From NCBI GenBank assembly GCA_902800065.1, contig CADCDE010000002.1:107043-171042 (forward strand): a stretch of DNA of 64,000 bases, read 5' to 3'. Below the pieces are notes generated by a model, which saw only the letters and a list, made by a program, of their open reading frames with translations, made no database searches and was not told where the DNA came from. This stretch comes from an uncultured Ruminococcus sp. (GTDB taxonomy: Bacteria; Bacillota; Clostridia; Oscillospirales; Acutalibacteraceae). Each line of letters begins with the position of its first letter. The stretch's first letter is position 1. A program made the position numbers and the translations under genes. This document shows, one piece after another, positions 10,204 to 18,230 of this stretch.

Positions 10204-10334
10204 CACGGAAATCAAGTTTCTCCAAAAGAAAAATAAAATTATGTCATCCTGAGCGAAAGCGAAGGATCTTTGTCACAAAAGTATCACGAAGACAAAGAAT
10301 CGGGATGCTTATATTTTAAAAATTGATTTCCGTG
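10204..10334. repeat. Composite MITE-like element: 12-bp perfect terminal inverted repeat enclosing a REP-like hairpin
   Basis: cacggaaatcaa (10204-10215) pairs with ttgatttccgtg (10323-10334). The inner GTCATCCTGAGCGAAAGCGAAGGATCT (10243-10269) has a degenerate inverted partner reaching about 10308. Confidence 0.6.
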
Positions 10335-10344
10335 TATTTGAATG

Positions 10345-10373
10345 TTGATTTTGAAGTGAATATGGTTTATAAT
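10345..10373 (+). promoter_or_regulatory. SigmaA-type promoter for nudF operon
   Basis: TTGATT, 17 nt spacer, TATAAT. Confidence 0.5.
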
Positions 10374-10408
10374 TGACATATCGTTAATTTTTTGGGGGAT
10401 TATTAAAG

Positions 10409-10972
10409 ATGAGGCTTTTTGAAAAAATGGTTGAAAAAAAGGATATATTTGAAGGAAAGGTTATCCATGTGACGCTTGAAAAGGCTGAATTGCCTGACGG
10501 TACAACGGCAATGCGTGAGGTAGTCGGACATCCCGGCGGAGTATGTGTTTCAGCGTTGACTGAGGACAATGAATTGCTGTTTGTAAGACAGTTCCGTTAT
10601 CCGTATAAGGAGGTTTTACTTGAATTGCCTGCGGGTAAGCTCGAAAAGGGACAGAATCCCCTTGAAAACGGCAAGAGAGAGCTTCTTGAGGAAACGGGAG
10701 CAATAGGAAAAGAATATATGACATTGGGACAGGTATATCCCACACCGGGATACTGCGGAGAGATAATACACCTGTATTTCTGTAAGATAGACAGATTTGA
10801 GCAACAGAGGCTTGATGAAGGTGAATTTCTGAATGTTGAGAGGATACCGCTGAGTAAAGCCGTTGAAATGGTGCTTAATAATGAAATAGCTGATGCAAAG
10901 ACTCAGATAGCTGTATTGAAAACAGCTATGCTTTTCAGGAAACTTACAGGCAAAGACGGTGATACTATATGA
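10409..10972 (+). CDS. nudF: ADP-ribose pyrophosphatase (Nudix hydrolase)
   Basis: Nudix box GKLEKGQNPLENGKRELLEETG, GGGGGA RBS. Confidence 0.8.
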   Translation: MRLFEKMVEKKDIFEGKVIHVTLEKAELPDGTTAMREVVGHPGGVCVSALTEDNELLFVRQFRYPYKEVLLELPAGKLEKGQNPLENGKRELLEETGAIGKEYMTLGQVYPTPGYCGEIIHLYFCKIDRFEQQRLDEGEFLNVERIPLSKAVEMVLNNEIADAKTQIAVLKTAMLFRKLTGKDGDTI

Positions 10973-11316
10973 TAAACCCGATAGTTATAATAATAACCAT
11001 ATCCATAGTATTGTCCGTTTTGGTGATATGTGTCATAAATAAGCCGAAAAGACCGATAATAACAGGAACGGTAATATTTGTGCTGATATGCTATGTGATA
11101 ATGACATTTATTTTGGATAACGCTATCACAGGTATGCAGGTCGGTGATATTAACGGTTTTATTTCGTTTTTGGTGATGAGCGATTCACCAAGCTATGAAG
11201 CACTGTCAGACTCTTTCAGGACATTTATGACTATTGATATATCACTGATAATCGCTGCATTGGCAACATTTTTCAGTGAGATGCTTCTTATATTGAGAAA
11301 GGATTATCAGAAGTGA
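10969..11316 (+). CDS. Small integral membrane protein, unknown function
   Basis: Three or four hydrophobic segments. The ATGA overlap with the nudF stop suggests translational coupling. Confidence 0.5.
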   Translation: MINPIVIIITISIVLSVLVICVINKPKRPIITGTVIFVLICYVIMTFILDNAITGMQVGDINGFISFLVMSDSPSYEALSDSFRTFMTIDISLIIAALATFFSEMLLILRKDYQK

Positions 11317-12413
11317 TGGGAGATATAGGAGTATATATACATATCCCGTTCTGCAGGAGAAAATGTCCGTACTGTGATTTTTATTCCGTGGGATTTTCCG
11401 AGGAAAAGGCTGATATATATACCGAAAAGCTGTGTCAGGTAACGGATATATTCGGTGAAAGGCTCAAAAGTCGGGCAGATACACTGTATTTTGGCGGAGG
11501 AACACCGAGCATAATTGGAGCTGACAGGATATGCAGGATAGTTCAGAAAGTCAGAAATGCCTTTCAGCTTGCGGAAAATGCCGAGATAACCGTTGAAGTT
11601 AATCCCGAAAAACAGGATATTGATTTCGATAAAATGCGTTGTGCAGGAGTGAACCGTCTGTCAATAGGATTACAGTCTGCCAATGATGAGGAACTGAGAC
11701 TTCTTGGAAGGCTTCATAATGTTTCACAGGCTGAACAGTGCATAGACAAGGCTAAAAGAGCAGGATTTGATAATATATCCCTTGACCTGATGATAGCGAC
11801 TCCTATGCAGACAAGGGAAAGTCTTGAAAAGTCCATAGAATTTTGTGCAGAGAGAGAGGTACAGCATATATCGGCATATATACTGAAAATAGAGGAGAAT
11901 ACACCTTATTATAAAATGCGTGACCGTCTTGATATATGTGATGATGACGAACAGGCGGAAATGTATTTGTATGCTGTTGATAAGCTCAAAGAATACGGAT
12001 ATTATCAGTATGAAATATCCAATTTCTGCAAAAAGGGCTTTAAAAGCAGGCATAATTTAAAATATTGGCATGATAAGGAATATATTGGTATAGGACCATC
12101 GGCACATTCTTTTATTAACGGAGAAAGATTTTTTTTCGGACGTTCTTTTGAAGATTTTTACAGTATGAAAATCCAAAGTGACGGACAAGGAGGAAGCATT
12201 GATGAATTTATCATGCTTGCATTGAGATTGTCCGAGGGATTAAGAAACGATTTGTTTAAACTGAGATTTGGAATGGATATTCCTGAAAGATATATATTAA
12301 ATGTAAAGAGATTTGAAAAAATGGGATTGCTGTATATTGATGAAGCAGGTGTCATACTGACACCGCAGGGATTTCTTGTATCAAACTATATAATTTCCGA
12401 AATATTGGGATAA
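11313..12413 (+). CDS. hemW: Radical SAM heme chaperone HemW (HemN-like, oxygen-independent coproporphyrinogen oxidase family)
   Basis: YIHIPFCRRKCPYCDF CxxxCxxC motif, GGGTPS, and typical length. Confidence 0.85.
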   Translation: MMGDIGVYIHIPFCRRKCPYCDFYSVGFSEEKADIYTEKLCQVTDIFGERLKSRADTLYFGGGTPSIIGADRICRIVQKVRNAFQLAENAEITVEVNPEKQDIDFDKMRCAGVNRLSIGLQSANDEELRLLGRLHNVSQAEQCIDKAKRAGFDNISLDLMIATPMQTRESLEKSIEFCAEREVQHISAYILKIEENTPYYKMRDRLDICDDDEQAEMYLYAVDKLKEYGYYQYEISNFCKKGFKSRHNLKYWHDKEYIGIGPSAHSFINGERFFFGRSFEDFYSMKIQSDGQGGSIDEFIMLALRLSEGLRNDLFKLRFGMDIPERYILNVKRFEKMGLLYIDEAGVILTPQGFLVSNYIISEILG

Positions 12414-12419
12414 ACACTT

Positions 12420-12445
12420 GTCATTCCGAGCAAAGCGAGGAATCT
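12420..12445 (+). repeat. REP-like 26-nt repeat copy
   Basis: GTCATTCCGAGCAAAGCGAGGAATCT, 7 nt after the hemW stop. Confidence 0.85.
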
Positions 12446-12471
12446 GCCTAAAAGCAATTATATAATAAAAA

Positions 12472-12507
12472 AATCGGGCTGTTTTTTTGAACAGTCCGAT
12501 TTTTTTC
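12472..12507 (+). terminator. Rho-independent terminator after hemW
   Basis: aatcgggctgtt / aacagtccgatt stem followed by a T7 run. Confidence 0.8.
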
Positions 12508-12537
12508 CGTCATCAGCTTACTTCATATACAAAAATA

Positions 12538-13176
12538 TTACCAATTTACATAAACATCAAGAGTTATATTGTCACCGCATCCGCAGTCATAGACTTTGCC
12601 GTCCTTGCCGAAAGGAGTTGAAACAACAGTGCCTTTGTCGAGGAAATCGCTTGCAAGGCATATATAGTCGTTTTCATCGCATACATAGCCGTTGTAATCG
12701 GTGTGTCTGCCGGGGATATCAAGACCGCCTCCTGGGAGAACCTGCTCACTGTAATAAGTCCATCTGTAATCGCCCCAGAATTCCTCGCCGTTGAAACGGA
12801 AGTCACTTGCAGAGATTATTTCATCAGTATAAGTATATTCATCATAGTCATTGTCATAAACAACGTCTTCAATATCTTCTTCGTAGTAGCTTTCATCTTC
12901 GTCTTCATAATCGCTTGTAAGATAGTATGAGAACATATAGTATACAGAGCCGTTATATAAAACTTCGCTCCAGCCGTTATTGAGTTCCTGTATCTGCTGG
13001 ATAGCTGTGCCAGGAGAAACAACGTCTATAATTGCAGCATCAAGGGAGGGGGCTTCTCTAACTCTGAGATAATCTGTTGTATAAACTACACTGTAAGCTG
13101 AAGCATAGCAGGTAGGGAGAACAGAAGCGATAACGCCAGCGGAAACAACACCAAATATTTTACCAAAATTTTTCAT
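12538..13176 (-). CDS. Secreted SH3b-domain protein with C-terminal 3D/DPBB-like cell-wall domain
   Basis: Signal peptide MKNFGKIFGVVSAGVIASV. SH3_3-like YLRVREAPSLDAAIIDVV...GWSEVLYNG. C-terminal ICLASDFLDKGTVV...VYDCGCGDNITLDVYV. Confidence 0.6.
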   Translation of the reverse strand: MKNFGKIFGVVSAGVIASVLPTCYASAYSVVYTTDYLRVREAPSLDAAIIDVVSPGTAIQQIQELNNGWSEVLYNGSVYYMFSYYLTSDYEDEDESYYEEDIEDVVYDNDYDEYTYTDEIISASDFRFNGEEFWGDYRWTYYSEQVLPGGGLDIPGRHTDYNGYVCDENDYICLASDFLDKGTVVSTPFGKDGKVYDCGCGDNITLDVYVNW

Positions 13177-13521
13177 TTGAAAAATCCTCCTTAAAATAAG
13201 CACTTAAAATAGTGTGCTGTATATATCTATCTTTTTTATTTCTTGCAACGGGATATATCTTATACGATTTTGAATCATTTGTCAAGTGTTTTGTTACAAT
13301 TTTGTAATCTTGATTAAAAAACGATAATATAATTTGAATTTTTTATAAAAAAATAGCTTTTTTAACAATAATTACAGTCCAAAAATCGACACAATTCATC
13401 AAAAATAACGGTATTGAAATTGTGAGATAACAATTTTGTTACAAAGGACAAAATTCGTTATTTTAATTGTATATAAAGTGATATAAATAATATCAGACGA
13501 TTTGTTTGGAGGGACAGTAAA

Positions 13522-13962
13522 TTGACATTATATGGGAAGAAATCAATAAAAGTGTATCAGACATTATGCAGTGTTCTGAAAAGAAATGATATAATCTATG
13601 AATGTGATGAAAATAACTTATGTGTAAGATGCAGTATAAGCGGAAAAGAAAAGGATTTCAGGATGATATTCGTGATAGAACCGTCAAAGATGCTGATATC
13701 ACTGTATGTTCCGATAGAAATTGATTCCGGGCTGAGAAACGTATCTGACCTTGCATTTGCGTTGTGTGTTATAAACGATACGCTTTCAGACGGTCATTTT
13801 TGCTTTGACAGGAGAAATACAGGCGTATATTTCAAAATGACATCGAGCTTTTATAATTCTATCCTGAGTGAATCCATATTTGAATATATGCTGTCGGTAG
13901 CGGCTGAAAAAACAGATGAATATTATTTGAAAATAAATGAATTGGTGTCGTTATGGAAGTGA
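13522..13962 (+). CDS. YbjN-like (T3SS-chaperone-fold) cytosolic protein, unknown function
   Basis: TTG start 8 nt after GGAGGG. The overall pattern (ISLYVPIEI...INDTLSDGHFCFD...VYFKMTS) resembles the YbjN family. This is a judgement by eye only. Confidence 0.4.
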   Translation: MTLYGKKSIKVYQTLCSVLKRNDIIYECDENNLCVRCSISGKEKDFRMIFVIEPSKMLISLYVPIEIDSGLRNVSDLAFALCVINDTLSDGHFCFDRRNTGVYFKMTSSFYNSILSESIFEYMLSVAAEKTDEYYLKINELVSLWK

Positions 13963-13994
13963 TAATATAGAAAACAGGGGCATATTATTTTATT

Positions 13995-14822
13995 GTGATA
14001 AGGGGGAGAGGCAATTTGTATCTGATATTCAAAAGAAGAACGATAATTACAGTCATATCGGGTATTCTGATACTATGTGTATGCTGTGTGATAGTATCGG
14101 GGATAACTGCCAATAATGCTGTTATGACAGGCACGGATGTTAACTGGGGATTGAGCTTCAATTCATCCAACGGTATACCGACAGGCAATGCAACGGCTGA
14201 AAAGCTGAAATTATCAGATGCCTATTATATAGGTGATGTTTCGCAGAAAAAGATATATCTTACATTTGACGCAGGCTATGAAAACGGCTATACGGAAAAT
14301 ATACTTGATGTTCTGAAGAAGCACAATGTAAAAGCAACATTTTTTCTTGTGGGGAATTTCATCGAGACTGCTCCCGAATTAGTCAAAAGAATGGTAAATG
14401 AAGGTCATACAGTGGGAAACCATACAATGACTCATCCTGATATGTCCTCAATATCTGATATAGAGGCTTTTAAGAAAGAAGTAGGGGGCTTGGAGAGTTT
14501 ATATAAAGAGGTCACGGGCAAGGATATGTTGAAGATATACCGCCCTCCGCAGGGAAAATACAGTGAAGAAAATCTGAAAATGGCACAAAGTATGGGATAT
14601 AAAACGGTATTCTGGAGCCTTGCATATGTTGACTGGTACAATGATGCTCAGCCTACAAGGGAACAGGCATTTGATAAATTACTTCCTCGTATTCATAACG
14701 GAGCGATAGTTTTACTTCACAGTACATCAAAGACTAACAGTGAGATACTTGATGAACTGCTTTCAAAATGGGAGGATATGGGGTATGAATTGTCTCCTAT
14801 AACAGAGCTTATAAAAAAATAA
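13995..14822 (+). CDS. pdaA: Polysaccharide deacetylase, PdaA-like (delta-lactam-biosynthetic de-N-acetylase type)
   Basis: IYLTFDAGYENGYT, ATFFLVGNF and GHTVGNHTMTHPDM NodB motifs, with an N-terminal TM. The start may instead be TTG 14016, after GGGGGAGAGG. Confidence 0.75.
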   Translation: MIRGRGNLYLIFKRRTIITVISGILILCVCCVIVSGITANNAVMTGTDVNWGLSFNSSNGIPTGNATAEKLKLSDAYYIGDVSQKKIYLTFDAGYENGYTENILDVLKKHNVKATFFLVGNFIETAPELVKRMVNEGHTVGNHTMTHPDMSSISDIEAFKKEVGGLESLYKEVTGKDMLKIYRPPQGKYSEENLKMAQSMGYKTVFWSLAYVDWYNDAQPTREQAFDKLLPRIHNGAIVLLHSTSKTNSEILDELLSKWEDMGYELSPITELIKK

Positions 14823-14875
14823 TTGACAATATGAAAATATTATGATATATTTATACTAAAAATTTATTATTGGAA

Positions 14876-14909
14876 AATATCGGCTGAATATGATTTAGCC
14901 GATATTTTT
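14876..14909 (+). terminator. Rho-independent terminator after pdaA
   Basis: aatatcggct / agccgatatt stem followed by a T run. Confidence 0.7.
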
Positions 14910-14990
14910 ATAAACAACAAAGAGATTGAAATTTTTTCGGGAATATTGTATAATTATCGAAGATAATTAAAAATAAAGGCGGAATAATTC

Positions 14991-15683
14991 ATGGAAAAGA
15001 TAAAAGAAAAATTAGCAATACCCACAGTACAGATAATAATATTTGCGGTAATAATAATAACAGGATTATCTTTGATATTTATTACAGCACAAAATGACAA
15101 TAAACGAAATACTCCCGACATGAGAGATCCGAGAGCTTCTGCAGTTGTAACGGGTGTTACTGTAATGTCCTCTGAAAATGCGGAATATTATAATGCAATA
15201 GTTGATTTTGAAGGAACAGACGGTAATATGTACAGGAATATAGCGATATATAATATTCCGTTCAAGGTTGCTGTAGGTGACAGTCTGAATATAAAATATG
15301 ATGCCTCTCAGCCCAATATATGTTCCGTAGTAGACGATCCTGCTGTTTCATACAGCATAACTTCATATGTTTTTTTGTCGGCAGTAGTTCTTGTGGGAAT
15401 ATTGGGATTTGGTGCCGCAGTAAGACGCTCTCATTTGAAAGAAATAAGAGAGAATGTTTCAGAAAGAAATGCCACAAGGGAAGAAATTGATAAAGTAAAG
15501 GAGGGATATGGAAGCTATGACGGAACAGGGAAACCTAACCCTGATGCCGCACCGTTTTCAGATAAGATCGACTATAACAAGATATATGATGAAAATCGTG
15601 GAGTGATGGATTCATATTTTGATCCGACAGCCCTTTATTCCGGTTATAGTGAAGATGATGGTTCGGAAGACAATAATTTTTAG
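14991..15683 (+). CDS. DUF3592-like membrane protein (TM, beta-rich domain, TM) with acidic C-terminal tail
   Basis: The TM...VTGVTVMS...YNAIVDFEGTDGNMY...VGDSLNIKYDASQP...TM topology resembles DUF3592. Confidence 0.5.
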   Translation: MEKIKEKLAIPTVQIIIFAVIIITGLSLIFITAQNDNKRNTPDMRDPRASAVVTGVTVMSSENAEYYNAIVDFEGTDGNMYRNIAIYNIPFKVAVGDSLNIKYDASQPNICSVVDDPAVSYSITSYVFLSAVVLVGILGFGAAVRRSHLKEIRENVSERNATREEIDKVKEGYGSYDGTGKPNPDAAPFSDKIDYNKIYDENRGVMDSYFDPTALYSGYSEDDGSEDNNF

Positions 15684-15701
15684 GAAAGAAGTTGTTTCTA
15701 A

Positions 15702-17156
15702 ATGAAAAGATCGTTAAAAATTTCGGCAATATTACTGATAATTATTTTATGTTTTACCGGCTGCAACATGAGTGTTGAAAACAATGCACCGATACAGGAC
15801 AGTACACAGACAGTACATGAAAGCTCAGGCAAAAAAAGCGAAAATTCAAGTGCAAATTCAGGTATTAAAGAAAACAGTTCCAAAAATGAAGATATACAAA
15901 GTTCAGTTGTAAAAGAATCTGAAGGACAGTCTGAAATAAGTTATGTTTCAAGCCAGATTTCAGAAAATGAATCCAGTGAAGAATCGGAGGCGGAAAGCAG
16001 TATCGAAGAAAGTTCCGATGAGGTTGTTTCTGAAAAATCCGATATACAAAGCAGTATAGAGGAATCATCAGATGAGCCCGAAAAGATTTTTGATGAATCA
16101 ATGGTGTATGAGCTGGATAAGAAATATTTCGTTCAGGAACTTGATGAACAACTTTATAATTTTTTCATCAAGATGTATTGTTCAGTCATATATTTTGATG
16201 AAGGGGTGCATTTTGAAGATGAAATACCTTCAGAATCACTCGATACTATGATGTTTCTGCTGAATTATGACTGTCCCGAGCTGATACAGCTCAATGGCGA
16301 TTATTCTCCGATATATACTGACGAGGAATGTAAGACCGTTTCAGGTGTTTATTTCACTTATAATATGAGTGAGGAAAAATATAATGAGTGTATGGAAGCT
16401 CTCAAGCTCTTTTTTGAGAATCTGAAAGTAGATATAAGTGAAAAAAGCGATATCGAAAAAGAAAAATATGTCTATGACATGATCTTCTCTAAATGTATTT
16501 ATGATGAAAAAGATGGCTATTCGGGAACAGTCTATGGAACTCTTATAAATCATAAGGGAAGATGTGAGGGAATATCCAAATCCTTCATGTGGTGCATGAG
16601 AGAATTGGGCATTGAATGTATGTGTGTTTCAGGAATGCCAAAGTGGGAGACAGATTCTGTATATGCAGGTCATTCATGGAATATAATAAAAATAAACGGA
16701 AAATACTATAATCTCGATCTTACCATAGATAATATGAAATTAAATGACAATCAGGTTAATTATCCAAATTACGGATTTTTTAACGTTAATGATGAGTTCA
16801 ATGACAAATCTCATGCAATTTCGGGATTTTATAGGGAAATAGGCTTGCCTGAATGTAAGAGTGACAAGGCAAATTACCATAAAATGAACGGTCTTATTGT
16901 TCATTCAGGTGACGATATCAAAGAACAGCTTATGGAAATATTTGAAAAGAATCTTATTGACAATAAGATAGATAATCTTTCGATAAAGTTTGAAAATCTT
17001 TCGGTTCTGAATAAAGCAAGTGTTCATATGCAAGAATGGGTAAAGGAATTTTTGAATTCAGAGAACATAGACTATAACAGCGTATGCGATGAAATATGTC
17101 AGACTATAACGGTCTATGCCGAGGTTTTAGGGGAAGAGGTCGAAGAATTAAGTTGA
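15702..17156 (+). CDS. Lipoprotein with S/E-rich linker and transglutaminase-like cysteine protease domain
   Basis: Lipobox LCFTGC. Transglutaminase-core-like GRCEGISKSFMWCMRELGIE...GHSWNIIKINGKYYNLDLT (Cys-His-Asp). Confidence 0.7.
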   Translation: MKRSLKISAILLIIILCFTGCNMSVENNAPIQDSTQTVHESSGKKSENSSANSGIKENSSKNEDIQSSVVKESEGQSEISYVSSQISENESSEESEAESSIEESSDEVVSEKSDIQSSIEESSDEPEKIFDESMVYELDKKYFVQELDEQLYNFFIKMYCSVIYFDEGVHFEDEIPSESLDTMMFLLNYDCPELIQLNGDYSPIYTDEECKTVSGVYFTYNMSEEKYNECMEALKLFFENLKVDISEKSDIEKEKYVYDMIFSKCIYDEKDGYSGTVYGTLINHKGRCEGISKSFMWCMRELGIECMCVSGMPKWETDSVYAGHSWNIIKINGKYYNLDLTIDNMKLNDNQVNYPNYGFFNVNDEFNDKSHAISGFYREIGLPECKSDKANYHKMNGLIVHSGDDIKEQLMEIFEKNLIDNKIDNLSIKFENLSVLNKASVHMQEWVKEFLNSENIDYNSVCDEICQTITVYAEVLGEEVEELS

Positions 17157-17185
17157 AAAGGAAAATTTCTCTCGAAAGAATAGGA

Positions 17186-17809
17186 ATGAGAGGTAGTATA
17201 ATACTTATAATAATAGCATCTATACTGCTTTCAATAGGTATAATCGTTCAGGTGAACAACGCAAAATTACCTGAAAAAGCCGTTGTATGCACTGCCACTA
17301 TAACAGGCTTCAATGAGGTTGAGGCGTCAGATATAAAATCGACTACAACTTTGGTTGAGTATACTTATAATAATAAAAAATATGAAAATATAACATTGAG
17401 ACAGTATGAGGGTTCGTGGAAAATCGGTGATACAATAAAAATATATGTCAGTGAAGAAAATCCGGAGGTTATATGGACAAATGCTATGAAATATCATGGT
17501 GCAATGATAATATTTTTGTCAGTGCCTTTCTGGACAATAGGCATATATAAAATAGTGCAGTTCAAAAGATATAAAAAAATAGAAGATGACGAAAGAGATA
17601 CGGATACAGAGGAAGAAATAAAATATAAACGTTCATCTTTTATAATACCGCTTGCAGCAGGTATTCCTTTTACTGTTTTCGGACTTTTTCTGAGGGCTAT
17701 GGAAAATAATTCCGTTCTTGCTCTTGTGATAATAATAATGGGCGGAAGTGCTGTCATAGTCGGCATAATATCACTGATGAATTTTATTAATTTAAAATTA
17801 AAAAAATAA
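17186..17809 (+). CDS. DUF3592-like membrane protein
   Basis: TM, then TATITGFNEV...LVEYTYNNKKYENI...IGDTIKIYVSEENP, then TMs. Start moved to MRGSIILII. Confidence 0.55.
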   Translation: MRGSIILIIIASILLSIGIIVQVNNAKLPEKAVVCTATITGFNEVEASDIKSTTTLVEYTYNNKKYENITLRQYEGSWKIGDTIKIYVSEENPEVIWTNAMKYHGAMIIFLSVPFWTIGIYKIVQFKRYKKIEDDERDTDTEEEIKYKRSSFIIPLAAGIPFTVFGLFLRAMENNSVLALVIIIMGGSAVIVGIISLMNFINLKLKK

Positions 17810-17819
17810 TATTTTATGC

Positions 17820-17847
17820 TTGACACAGAGAAAAAAACAGTTATAAT
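17820..17847 (+). promoter_or_regulatory. SigmaA-type promoter of alaS leader
   Basis: TTGACA (17820-17825), 16 nt spacer, TATAAT (17842-17847). Confidence 0.7.
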
Positions 17848-17859
17848 ATTACTTATAAT

Positions 17860-18190
17860 AATATTCATGCTGAGATGAGAAAAAGAGCAGAACCGTTGAC
17901 ACAGAGAGAAGACCGTTCTTGGTGCAAGGTCTTTTCAAAAGGCTGCTTGGGCTGACTCGGAGCATTTGCGGCAAACCGCAACGTACAGGCTGCGTTAAAG
18001 CTGTGAATGAGTGGCATTTTATACTATATAGTTGCTCTATGTCATTCCGAGCAAGGCGAGGAATCTTTTAAGAATCTTTCGTTATTTTGTGTTTCAGAAT
18101 GATAAAAGTAATGTTTACTGTAAAATGCAATTTGGGTGGTAACACGGAATTTTTCGTCCCATAAAAAAGACGAAATTTCCGTGATTTTTT
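17860..18190 (+). promoter_or_regulatory. T-box riboswitch leader (Ala specifier) of alaS
   Basis: GAUGAGA/AGAGA stem I elements and a distal GGUGCAA loop. GCU followed by a purine at 17942-17945 sits in the specifier-loop context. T-box core AAUUUGGGUGGUAACACGG at 18129-18147. Terminator acggaatttttcgtc/gacgaaatttccgt plus T6 at 18143-18190. Confidence 0.85.
18041..18104 (+). repeat. REP-like palindromic element inside T-box leader
   Basis: GTCATTCCGAGCAAGGCGAGGAATCT plus a degenerate inverted arm (...gaatctttcgtt...cagaatgat). Confidence 0.8.
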
Positions 18191-18230
18191 ATTTCAGCAG
18201 AAAAATTTAAAGAGAAAAGGTGACAAGAAA

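Noticed and set aside
17941-17945. An alternative reading of the T-box specifier as GGC (Gly) instead of GCU (Ala).
   Set aside because: GGC would be followed by a pyrimidine, whereas specifier codons are normally followed by a purine. GCU-G fits, and the downstream gene is alaS.
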